DNA of 64,000 nt from NCBI GenBank assembly GCA_021613535.1, contig CP075495.1, forward strand, positions 15,252,001 through 15,316,000. Direction: 5' to 3'. Positions 25,614 to 37,100 of this stretch are shown piece after piece. Below the pieces are notes generated by a model. That model was not told where the DNA came from. It made no database searches and was given only the letters and a program-made list of their open reading frames with translations. Every line of letters begins with the position of its first letter. The first letter of the stretch is position 1. The translations under genes and the position numbers were made by a program. This DNA is from Adineta vaga (taxonomy: Eukaryota > Animalia > Rotifera).

Positions 25614-26670
25614 TTTGTTATATCTTTTAGTCAAATCTAAGTAATCAGATTCAACGAAATCCTAGAACGTACTATATTTAATTCTTACGTTTAATCGAAT
25701 AATTTTGAAAAGAAAAAAAAATTTAAAATCAACTACTTTACATATTTTTCTTTCTTTGAAAATATTGATTTTATTAAAGCAAATGATAACATCTCAATAT
25801 GGTAAATATGATAATTAATAGATACAATATAGATGCATTTTATATGGAGTAAATCAATACATAATACATCATTAGAAAAATATTTATTAAAATATAATAT
25901 TTGAATAGAAGTTCGTTGAAATATTCAAATCATTTTTCTTTTTCTCTTGGTTTGTTCCATAAAAAGCAAGAAAATATCAGCACGAATATAGGACTATATC
26001 ATATAATCTATTTCTTCATAAGTTTGGTAGAAACCACTGAATCTTAACCCGCATATGCCGAAAACAGAGTGAAATAAAATCATGCCTAATTTTTGCCATA
26101 GTAATGCACGAAAATGGTTTAGAACAGCTTTTCAGCGCAGGCCCTCTAAGACTAAAATGTGAAACTAGCATAATCTATTTGTAATAATAGCCTCCATGTA
26201 ATGGAGGGGAGAGCGAGAAGATCAGACCAAATTTTTCGACTTAAAACTTACACTCACTTATTTTTCTCCGAAAAATATACGTAAGTTCCATGAAATCAAA
26301 ATGCATATAAACAAATGGATTATACATCAATCTCACTTATTCTTATCTTGGTAATTTCATATGATAAGAATATTTTGAGTGATTTATCAATTATAATCGA
26401 TTGATTACATGGTTTAATCTGTCGGCATATATAGATAGATTCAAGTGGAGTAAATAATGGTCTCTCGTATATTCCGAAAGTTCTCACAAAAGAATTATAT
26501 AGACAGATAATATTTAGATTTATGATATCTTCGATATAAGCCTTATATTATATATTATTTTAGCTAATAGGATTTTGATAAGATATGTAATGAAAGAATG
26601 ATCCAAACAAAATCTGAAGCCTTATTCTTCCTATAAAAGCACAGCAATACATGCTGAAAGAATTAATAAA

Positions 26671-27279
26671 ATGACAAAGGTTTCCTTTTTCGTCTCAATA
26701 AGTATTTGGTGTCTGTTTTGTCAATTTGCACAGGCAAATGAACAATGTCCAGCAGGTTTTCAATGTGCAAAATCAATGAAAGCATCATCAATTAAATCCA
26801 ACGACGAATATGAACTGATACTAATTCCTTGTCCGCCAGGTACAGCTAGTGAACTTGGACAATATGGTTGTGCACCATGTGAACTAGGTTATTACGCCAA
26901 TGCCAGTGGTACTGCTTCATGTTCTGTCTGCCCTATAGGTGCCATGTGTGCAGATGCCGCGAAAAGTCCAGCACCTTGCCCACTAGGAACGTATGTATCT
27001 TGTACTGGTCAAACGTTTTGCAGTCCCTGTGCACTTGGCACATATACACCTAGTGTTGGATCGACTCACTGTATCGACTGTCCTGTAGGTGCCATGTGTC
27101 CAGATGCCACGAAAAGTCCAACACCTTGCCCACGAGGAACGTATGCATCTTGTACTGGTCAAGCTTGCTGCAGTCCCTGTGCACTTGGCACATACACACC
27201 TAATGCTGGATCGATACACTGTATCAAATGTCCTCCAGGTGTGCAATGCCCCAAGAGTCCAACAACCGCTTGTGGTTAG
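26671..27279 (+). CDS. Secreted Cys-rich repeat protein (GCC2/GCC3, ephrin-receptor-like CPxGTY repeats), copy A, 202 aa
   Basis: Signal peptide; repeated CPxGTY..GxxxCxPCxLGTY units with a 50-aa period; TATA-like ctataaaa at about 26631. Confidence 0.85.
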   Translation: MTKVSFFVSISIWCLFCQFAQANEQCPAGFQCAKSMKASSIKSNDEYELILIPCPPGTASELGQYGCAPCELGYYANASGTASCSVCPIGAMCADAAKSPAPCPLGTYVSCTGQTFCSPCALGTYTPSVGSTHCIDCPVGAMCPDATKSPTPCPRGTYASCTGQACCSPCALGTYTPNAGSIHCIKCPPGVQCPKSPTTACG

Positions 27280-27566
27280 TTACTTTTCAGAGTCTGATAT
27301 TCTTTCGATCATTTATCTACACTCAAACATATTACTATATTGAAAAACACGATCTATATGGAATAATTTGGTTAGGACTAAGTATCTATTTTTGACAATT
27401 AATCGGAACATCTCGTTAGAACATTCCAAGTACTTATAATTAGTTACAATATTGTCAATTGAGCTTAAGTCTGAACCTGTATTGAATGCTCTTGACTTTC
27501 TCGAGACTAATTACATTAATCACCTAATATTTATTGAGATTTAACTACTGTCACGAGTAAAATATA

Positions 27567-28124
27567 ATGAACTATTTGATTAAGTGTATGTATTTATTTA
27601 TAGATGGTGATCTTCTATCTACTAAACACCGGAACATTCTCTCTGAATTTGCTGGGAAAAAGGATCTGAAATGGATACTTCTTTACAAGGCTACACGAGA
27701 CGGTTTTGGAGGGGCAGATTTTCACCGTCTCTGTGATGGTCATGCACAAACGATGAGTATTATCCAATCGAAGCAACGCTTTTTATTTGGTGGATATGCC
27801 AATCGTGCTTGGAATTCATCATCTAGCTGGATTAATGATCCACGTGCCTTCATTTTTACTTTGACAAATCCAAATAATATTCTTCCAACTCGCTACCTGA
27901 TACAAGGTGGAAAGGAACAACATGCGTACATCGTTAACCCGCTATATGGTCCAATATTTGGTGCTGGTCTTGATATAAGTGTAGTAGATAAAAGCAATGT
28001 AACTGATTGCACTATAAACTTCCCAAGCACCTACACTGATACAACAGGAAAAGGTAAAGCCACGTTTACAGGCAATTCTACATTTCAAACAAGTGAAATC
28101 GAAGTTTATAAATTACTTGATTGA
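27567..28124 (+). CDS. TLDc-domain protein, copy A
   Basis: WILLYKATRDGFGGADFHRLCDG, FLFGGY, AFIFTL, YGPIFGAG, EIEVYK. A splice acceptor at 27603 is also possible. Confidence 0.88.
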   Translation: MNYLIKCMYLFIDGDLLSTKHRNILSEFAGKKDLKWILLYKATRDGFGGADFHRLCDGHAQTMSIIQSKQRFLFGGYANRAWNSSSSWINDPRAFIFTLTNPNNILPTRYLIQGGKEQHAYIVNPLYGPIFGAGLDISVVDKSNVTDCTINFPSTYTDTTGKGKATFTGNSTFQTSEIEVYKLLD

Positions 28125-28196
28125 AAAAAAACAAGAGACAAAATAAACGGTTTTTTGTTCGTTTAAACAATAAAACGTTTTTGTCACTATGACAAC

Positions 28197-28472
28197 CAAG
28201 GGGGAAAAATCGATACTCCGTACTCCGGTACTCCACCTTTCTCCAGCAATACTCCAATCTACTCCAGTCTACTCCAATAATACTTCAGCCTTCTTCAGTA
28301 ATACTCCAGCCTTCTTCAGTAATACTCCAGCTTACTCCACTAATACTCCAACATATTTTGTAAAACTGAAATATCGACTGTTTTCTCTTGCTAGAGTAGA
28401 GATGGAGTATGGTGGAGTACAATGGAGAATGGGCGAAGTATTGGAGTACTGGAGTATCGCTTTCTCCCCTTG
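28197..28472. mobile_element. 276-bp MITE with imperfect ~29-bp TIRs and degenerate 8-bp TSD (hAT-like)
   Basis: Left end caagggggaaaaatcgatactcc; right end reverse-complements to caaggggagaaagcgatactcc. Flanks atgacaac/atagcaac. Internal 21-bp repeats. Absent in copy B (single atgagaac at about 40978). Confidence 0.85.
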
Positions 28473-28628
28473 ATAGCAACTGAAATAGACACGACGATTT
28501 TGTTCCTAGTTCCTTGTAGTCCTCTTAGTTTTTGACTAAATGTTTATGAATCACCAATATCATCATAATGCGATCGCTTTTTAGGTTAATTTACTTTCTT
28601 AGTTCGACAACTACTATAAAATCTTTAT

Positions 28629-30107
28629 TTATAAACCTGGATCCATTAAGAAACGAAAGAGTTCATCATTATCCTCTACATAGCTCAGTTCTGAATTGGT
28701 AGATATTGCATTAGTAAATAATTCGGATGCATATTGTCGCTTTCGAGAAAATCGTGCAGAAGGATTTTCATCTAAAGAAAACATATTCTATTTATATAAG
28801 GAAATCAAAGAAATAAAATAAAACAAACCTTCATCTTTTGCTTGATTTTCTTCTTCAATTGTTAAATTATCTTGATCATTATGAATGAGAAATGAATCAT
28901 GTTCACGATATGAAACAATTGTATCACTATGATTTTGAAGTAAATGTCGTAACATTTTATCTTGAATACCATTCGTATTAGCTCTATCCATTGGATCATC
29001 TTCAACATCAAAATCAAATTGATAAAGTTGAGCAAGTTCATCATAGGTAAAATGACGAGCAAGTTGTTTAGCATCAACAACACCTACAGAAACATTAACA
29101 TAAATATACGATAGTCAGAAGAAAAAAAGTAGAAACTAACGATGAAACATTGCTTGTTTAGTAATTTGTCGTTTATAAATTTTCTCTTCCATTGTTCCTT
29201 TAACCATTAATCGATAAATATATACAGGTTTTGTTTGACCAAGTCGATATGAACGAAACATTGCTTGAAGATCATGAGCTAAAAAGAAAAATCAAAATCA
29301 TCTATATCATACGGATAACAAACGAACCTGGATTCCAACTAGTATCCAAAATAATGACACGATTAGCCGAAAAAAGATTCACACCTAAACCACCGGCAAG
29401 TGTAGAAATTAAATATAAACGACTACGAGAATTATTTGTATCATTGAATAATTTCATATCAGCTGCTCGTTTTTTTATTGAAACAGAACCTACAAAATGA
29501 AATCAATGTTTATTTTCTTTTTCTTCTTACATAAAACAATCGAAATCGTACATACCATCCATTCGAAAGTAATCTACACCTTTTTTCCATTGAGATTCCG
29601 GATGTTGTGCACTCCAATACGCAAGACATTGTTCAAAATAGTCAAGAGTCATTAAATGTCGAGTAAAAACAAGTAATTTATCACCAATTGATTCACATTC
29701 GTCCAAAATTGCTTTGAATATATCAAATTTTCCTGAGAGTTCAAACTAAAAATATATTAACAAACGAAAGACAAATGCGTTTTTTTCTTCTATAAAGAAA
29801 AACAACAAATGAAATTTACATCGAATTGTGAACCATGTGGATCAAATATATTAAACCACCATTGTTCTTTCATTGCTTTCAAAATCTTTTCTTCTGGGCT
29901 AGCAATTGACATATTAGGTGTTGGTAATACATCTCGAATTCTTTCCGTATCATTATCAAATTCATCTTTAATCATCGCATCTATTACAGTTTGATCATCA
30001 TCTTTCAATTTTTTATTATAATAATCAATAAAATAGGGTTGAAGAAGCCATGGATGCTAAAAAATCAAAAACATCATAAGATTGAAATTATGAATAAAAG
30101 AAACAAA
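28629..30107 (-). pseudogene. 3' half of the SNF2 helicase gene, cut off by the hAT left end
   Basis: Near-identical to 41124-42600; the 5' half is replaced by transposon DNA from 30108. Confidence 0.9.
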
Positions 30108-31091
30108 TAGGCATGCTCCAATTCCAATTCTAGAATTAGAATTGGTCGGAACCGAAAAAAATTGGGATTGGAATCGAATGGAATTGAAAAGAATTGGGAT
30201 TGGAATTGATAGGAATTGACTCAAAATAATCAAAACTTCAACAGAATTGGTGGTATTTGGTATAGAATTGATCTGAAACCACTAGAATCTATATGAAATT
30301 GTATGTTATTAGTTGGGACAGATCATTAATGACGTTGAATCAGTGCGTATCGTTACAATTCATATAGAATTGATCTAATTCAGGTAGAATTCATGAAAAT
30401 CTTTCTCTGTCTGACTCAATATTAATTAGAACTCATACGAAACTGAACATTGAGTATCGATCACTTCTTGATGATGACTATAATTGTTTGAAATTCGAAT
30501 ACATCTAAAAATAAGTGTTAAGAGTTTTCCAATATTATCATCTTATAGAGTAGGTCAGTGGTAGTTTTGTTAATATTTGTTTATTTCTCTATTATTTCAC
30601 GAATATGAGAAAAAATTGATTTTCAGCGGTAAACGAAATGATAGTATTGACTATGTTGTTCCATTTTTACCGTGAAAAAATTCGAAAAATCGGCAATTAA
30701 TCATTGATATATTCTGAAACTGTGTTGAAGTTATATGTTTATTTGGGTTTCGCAAAAAGGAGTGGATATAATATATAATAGGGTATTTCTTTTTTTCTCG
30801 CTTCTATTGTGCACTGTAGTTATAGTTTCATTAGAACATGATTATCTATCTGGTTTGAAAATATGTAAAAATCAAATCACATATTTTCTTTTAAAAGTTA
30901 TTTTCGATTATAAAATTCGTTTATAAATATTATCTAATTGAAAAGTATTTTATTGGAAAAATCTTCAAAACTTTGAACATTGATATTTTACATTACGCTT
31001 ATTTAAAATAAGTAATGAACAGCAGCGTACTCTTCAAAATTTCTGATTGGTGTAAAAACTATTCATTGAACATATGTGTATATATGTCATA

Positions 31092-32510
31092 CTAGCGGAG
31101 ATACCCACTGCAAACACGACACAATTTAAATTTTTTATCTACAGCAGTGCTTTTCTTATCACCCAAGGACCTCTCCGTTCGTATTTATCCGTCGTGTATC
31201 AAAAAATCCTCACACCCTCCTTTTCCGCCCTGACTTAGTTAGTTTTATCTTTCAGCTCGTCACTCAGCGTACGTTATCTGTCTTCCAGACGTCTTTCTCC
31301 TCCGTACTGAGATCCTTCCTATATCCCTTTTCGCGTCATGCACCAGGTCTTTTTTTCAAAACTTCGTATCTCTTCATTCGTTCTTTCCTACTGATCTTGT
31401 CTTGCTATGCATACGATATACAGCTCTGTTCTTTTTAAATCCACTCCTACTGTCCCGCTGCAACTCCAGTCCCATTCTACACCCACTGTCCCGCTGCAAC
31501 TCCAGTCCCATTCTACACCCACTGTCCCGCTGCAACTCCAGTCCCATTCTACACCTACTGTCGCGGCGCAAGTCATTCTCTACTTTATAAACTTCACTTC
31601 TACTCTATACCGGTAGAATAGGCATTTCACTCCAGATTCAGTTTTTTTGAGAACCCAACCCACGCTTTGTAGTTGTCTGTCCTAGATGCAGACACCCACA
31701 CACACCCTCATTCCTATATGCCATCTTGAGAGCGAAATTTCACACACGCCGCCATCCCGTCCCTTGATGGCCATTCTAACCCCTTGTCGACCTTCCTCTG
31801 GATCGAGAGAAGCATTGTGGAAAGTTTGGTGACGTTAGCTGTTCTAGGGAACGTACGCATAACGAACAAACTTTCTTCTTTATATATATATATATATAGA
31901 TAGATAGATAGATAGATATAGATTAAAGAACCTTTAATTGTCACATTTATTGCAAGAAATAAATAGTATCAAATAAAAAAACCTCAAAACTGCAGCACAT
32001 TCTGTAAGTTTCTACCAAAATAACGACAATTGAAATTCAATACGACTTGGGTGAAATTTCACCCAGACACCGATTCCCACCCTCAAATCAATATATTTTG
32101 ATACGGAACGTGTAAATTATCGTAGATGTGCGCTCAGACGGCATGCGGCCGCTTTCGCTATCAATTATTTAAAGTTTTTGAAATGCTGCAATCCTATTGG
32201 TCAGTTTCATAGATTGCCCGTAGGAAGCGTAGAATTCTTTTTTTTTAAAACAAAGTAAATGGCGACCTTCCCGTGGGCGTAGAGAAGCATTGTGGAAAGT
32301 TTGGGAATGTTAGCTATCATTGAACTGCCTGGGTGAAATTTCACCCACACTCCCCACCCTCACCCCCTGATGACCATTCTAACCCTATGTCGACCTTTCC
32401 TGGGACCTAACGAAGCATCGTAGAAAGTTTGGTGATCGTGGCTATTACAGCGACTGAATGCATAGCGAACAGACAGACAGACAAACTTTCTTCTTTATAT
32501 ATATAGAAGA
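31092..32510 (-). mobile_element. Non-autonomous Helitron-like element nested in the hAT
   Basis: On the minus strand it begins A|TCttctatatatataaag at 32510 and ends CTAG|T at 31092. No TSD; GC-richer than the flanks. A second copy of the 5' end lies near 31790-31920. Confidence 0.7.
31441..31562. repeat. 36-bp minisatellite, about 3.3 copies
   Basis: Unit ctgtcccgctgcaactccagtcccattctacaccca in tandem, with no spacers. Confidence 0.92.
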
Positions 32511-34120
32511 TGTCACATATGTAGAACAGAACAGGAAAAAAACCGTTGACATTTTATTTCATCAATGCATTCGTTAAAAACTAAAACATAGATCTGTTAC
32601 TGTAAAACTTAAGTTCTATTTCGTAAAAACGATACAAACGCCGAATATATTTCAATATAAAATCTTATTATGACTGAAAGTAGACAGTTCTCAATCGATA
32701 TAAATGGCTAGCCTATTGATTTTGCTTTTTGTTCGATAAAAATAAAACATATAAACAGAAATGATTTATTTTTATTTTTAGTGATAACTTCTCGATATTC
32801 ATATCATTATATAATAATTCAATGATTCGTTCTCGAAAATCTCTTCCATCACGAAGTGTTACAACTGCTGTTACTACTACCGAAGTTCTTCCTTCGTTTG
32901 ATGATAATTTCGATGAAGAACGAACTATAGGTGGATGTATAACTCATGCATCATCCGAAGAAATAAACAAAGATTCAAATTTAAGTGGTATTAGCGCATT
33001 AGTTTCAGAAGGTGGTAGTACTACATTGATTAATATAGGTGAAGGAAAAAAACTTAAATCTAATGTATGGAATTTTGCAAAAAAGCTTTCAAACGAAGCA
33101 GCTCTATGTATGGAATGCAAAACGAATTAAACGATCATTGAAACTCCATATGGTGGTACGTCGACATTACGAAAACATTTAGTAGCTAAACATAATTTAA
33201 TTCATCTTCAATTACCATTAAGTGCACGTGTCAAAACCAGTAATAAAATTTTGCGTGAAAAAAATATCTTCTCGATCATTTGGCCAATATTGCTGTTTTT
33301 GAAGATGGACGAACGTTTGGTGATTTACGAAAGGGTGACATGGCGAAATTCTTAGCTGAAGCAATACCAGGTAACCTTTTTTCTAGACTCACTAATATTT
33401 AAAATATTTAAAAAATAAGTTTTTCTTGTTAGATTGTTTGTTATATAAAGAGAATGTGGTGTATTCATACCTCTGTGTTCTTCGCAAAGTTGTCCTGATA
33501 TTTGTATCGTCGAAAGACAGCTTTATTTTGAATAAAATTGGTTTTAGAAAATACTCCATTAGGTTTTTTTGAATAAAAGATTCTAAGTGTTCAAAGGATA
33601 GCTGTTAGTAATAGTTTTGCTTTTATATCTGATATTCGAGATTTTTAATAATTATTAGGGCATGCAAATTACAAACGGATCAAAACTTATTCATTTTTTG
33701 TTTAGGCTATATACCGCCTCACAGAAATCAGGTTCAACAAGAATTAAAATATTTAACTCAAATACTACGTCGCCGAAAATTTCTTCTAATAAGATTTGAT
33801 TGTAAATCATTCTTCAACTAATATGCAAACGTTTCTATTTCTAGCCAATTCAAATGTGAATGATGATGTCGACGATGAGGACGATAGTGACGAAGAAAAT
33901 CAGGATTTAATTGTAGACACATGGATTAATGAATAAATTACTGGTGATAGCTTTAACATGGATGGTGATGAAGAAGAAGATATTATTACAACTAAAATCG
34001 AATTAGCTAAAACAATTCAGAAAGGTCGTTCATCAATTAAAATGATTAAACGATCACAAATTATAATGATGTTTATTAATGATGAAAAGAAACGTCACAA
34101 AGTGAAACGTCAATTAAGAA

Positions 34121-37100
34121 TTTTTTTTTTTTTCTTTTTGGTAGCAAGGCTTTATTGTATAAACAACACTACAAGATAGATTCAACGGATAGTATCGTTG
34201 TATACATAAGCTGGAAGAGAACAAAAAAAAGGACCCGTGACTTATGTCTTTTGTCCAGAAAGAAAGAAGCAGAACGATAGAAAAGGATACATATGTGATG
34301 ATAGTGTATGTACATGGAATGACGTATGAAAGGTCTTAGTGGTGTGGTAAGAATAGAAGTAAATAGAATAAAGAAGGAAAGAAAACGAGAAAGACGCTGG
34401 AATATATATGATGCATTAGATCAGTAGATGTATTGACTCGATTTCATATTATATATAAGATCGAGAGAAAGAATTTGCTGGTTGTTGTGTGAATCAGCCG
34501 ATGCATTGACTCGGTATCATATTGCATATAACTACGAGCAAAGAATTGGCTGAATATATCGATAATTCGTTATATAGTTTGGTTGATTTGATATAATATA
34601 TAAGAACGAGAAAAGAAATAGCTGTATTGTGTTCGAATTTGATATAACAATTCTTGTACAGATTCAACTAACACAAGAATAGTCTATTCTCTCGACGTTA
34701 CTATTATATATATAACGGTTGGTGATTTCTTTTACACTTTGTCAAATATGCCTTGTAGAAGGTTCTTCAGTGTAATGTCGTTGTTGGAAGATGCCGTTGA
34801 TATGGATTTTTTAAGTAATCCTATGGCATAGTCTTTGATTTTGGGGATGTTGGTGATCTTGTGGATGTAGTTGACTGATGTATATATGGGTAGACCGAGT
34901 GCAGCTCTAATTGCTTTGTTTTGGATGATTTGTAATCGGTCCCATATTTTTTGATCAGCAGTAAGGAGAATTGGATAACCGTATATGATAACTGTGCGTA
35001 CTATTGATTTGAAAATATTTATCATCGTCTTGTTGTTGGGGTCTTGTGCTTTTCTCGATAAATATCTAAGAAGACCGATCCGAGGAGCAATCTTCGTTTC
35101 GATATGATCGAGATGTGTTCGCCATTTTAATCTTTTGTCGATGATTATACCCAAGTATCGTGTAGAATCCAGTGGCTTGATGATGTTGTTTTCGACTTTC
35201 ACTATCACTGGATTTTTGTAATTCTTTCTTGGGTGTATGCTGAAATGTATCAGCTCTGTTTTTGTTGGTTGCAATTTCAATTTCCATGATTTGCACCAAC
35301 TTTCGAATGCATTTATGGATTGTTGTAATCTAGATCTAAGTGATGTTAAGGTGTTGCTAGATGTCCATAATGCAGTGTCATCGGCGAATAGCCCGTGTTC
35401 TGTATGAGTCGGTATTCCATTCATCGAATCTGCCGTGTATATGATGTATAATAGAGGTGATAACGGAGATCCTTGTGGTGTACCGCTCTTCAGATTAAAT
35501 TGACGTGATAATATATTTTCAATTTCAATAGCAGCCGTTCGATTGCTTAAGAAAGAGATCAGGTAGTTGATGATGTATTTGGGAAGACGTAGATCATTAA
35601 GCTTGTATATCAAACCATCGTGCCATACCGAATCAAAAGCAGCTTTGATGTCGAAAAGAATGACAGCTGAGTGACGTCTTCGACGGGGTCGTCTCAGTTG
35701 TCCTTCAGCATATCTTTCTAGTCGCACGATGTTGTATATAGTGCTTTTACCTGGTCTGAATCCGGCTTGATGTTGTGGTAATATATTTCGTCGTTCAAGT
35801 TCTAGCATTAGTCGTTGTTTGATTATTTTCTCCAGTAGTTTGCCGAGGCAGCTAAGGAAACTAATTGGCCGATAACTAGACGGGTGTTGTTTGTCTTTCT
35901 TCGGCTTTAGTAGAAGAATAATGTTAGCTTTTTTCCACATTGCTGGAATATAACCTTGTTTCAAAATTGCATTGAACAGATTTGTTATATGCTGGACAAG
36001 TAATTTTGAATGATTCTTTAAACACCTGTTATGGATGTTGTCTGGACCAGTGGAGCTGTTTCGAAGTTGTCTAATATGAAATTTGACTTCTTCTACTTTT
36101 ATTAGCTTCCACTTGGATGTGTTTGTTAAGGTTATATTACCATTCTTGACTTTGTTTGCTTGACTTGTTACTTGATCATGAAACGGCAGTGTATCAGCAG
36201 TAAGAGAGTAGACTTCATTTTCGAAATAATCTGCAAATAGATCTGCTTTCTCCTTTTCTGACGTTGCTGTCGTGTTGCTGTATTTCATGATGCTAGTAAA
36301 GGTTTGTTTGATCCGTTTGTTGTGGAACTTACGTACCGTCACCCAAACTTTGTCCGAATACATCTTCTTATGACATAATGAAGACATTAGCTTGTTAAAG
36401 TTGTTTCTTCTGTGATTTCGAAGTGAATTTGTCAGTAAGACTTTGGAGTTGTAGTATAGATGTTTGTCGATTACATCCCCGGTCTTCTTCCATTTTCGAT
36501 ATGTTTGATGTTTTTGTTTAATCAAACTTTTCGAAACTTCACTTGGTGTGAAAAAAGTATTCGTTTGTTTACTTTGTGGAACGGCTTCTCTTGTTGCTAC
36601 CAATATAGTGTTGGTGATAAACGACGTGTATTCTTCTATATCTAATGCTGAACTTAAAGAACGATCATTATTCCATAACATCAGTTGTTGATCTAACTTG
36701 TATCTGAATTCTGGCCAATTTGCTGCTTTGAAACTAAATGATATTCTTGGAGATGCTGGTTTAGGTTCAACTCCAGTGGGAATATCGAAGGTTAATGGTT
36801 TGTGACCGGTTAAGGTGCCGATTGTTGGATGTGTTTCAACATTTGATATAAACGAAAGAAGTGGTCGACTAGCTAGAATCCAATCTAGTTTGACTTCATA
36901 ATAATTCTTTTCAAACGTTGGACTATCATCGTCGACACATTCAATATACCCTTCTTTGAATAGTTCTTGCAGCTGTCTTCCTCTAGCATTTGCTTGTTGT
37001 GATCCCATATTGTATAATGTTGCGTTAAGATCACCCATAATTATACAGTTGTTGTTTATGTTGTAGAGCTCATAGAATAAGTTGATGTCGATCTTTGCTT

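Larger units (their letters stand above)
25190..30107 (+). repeat. Segmental duplication copy A (near-identical to 37830-42600)
   Basis: Direct comparison shows identity from tatagcattgttacaatt to tgaataaaagaaac, including introns and intergenic DNA; initial offset 12640. Confidence 0.97.
30108..34120 (+). mobile_element. One-ended, decayed hAT DNA transposon (left TIR, subterminal repeats, BED-finger transposase remnant)
   Basis: Starts taggcatgctccaattcc exactly at the duplication breakpoint; ggaattg arrays at 30120-30400. 32822-33200 encodes VWNFAKK..ALCMECKTN*..GGTSTLRKHLVAKH (BED finger with stop). A further fragment lies at 33958-34118. No right TIR found. Confidence 0.78.

Noticed and set aside
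28189-28479. ORFs of 94 aa and 64 aa
   Set aside because: They lie within the MITE and reflect its 21-bp repeats.
29231-29500. Antisense and alternate-frame ORFs over real genes (also 41726-41995, 26983-27343, 37295-37665)
   Set aside because: Shadow ORFs of spliced or repetitive coding sequence.
31374-31616. Overlapping repetitive ORFs and a CRISPR-like 36-bp repeat
   Set aside because: The units are directly adjacent with no spacers and no cas genes. The ORFs are by-products of a minisatellite within a transposon.
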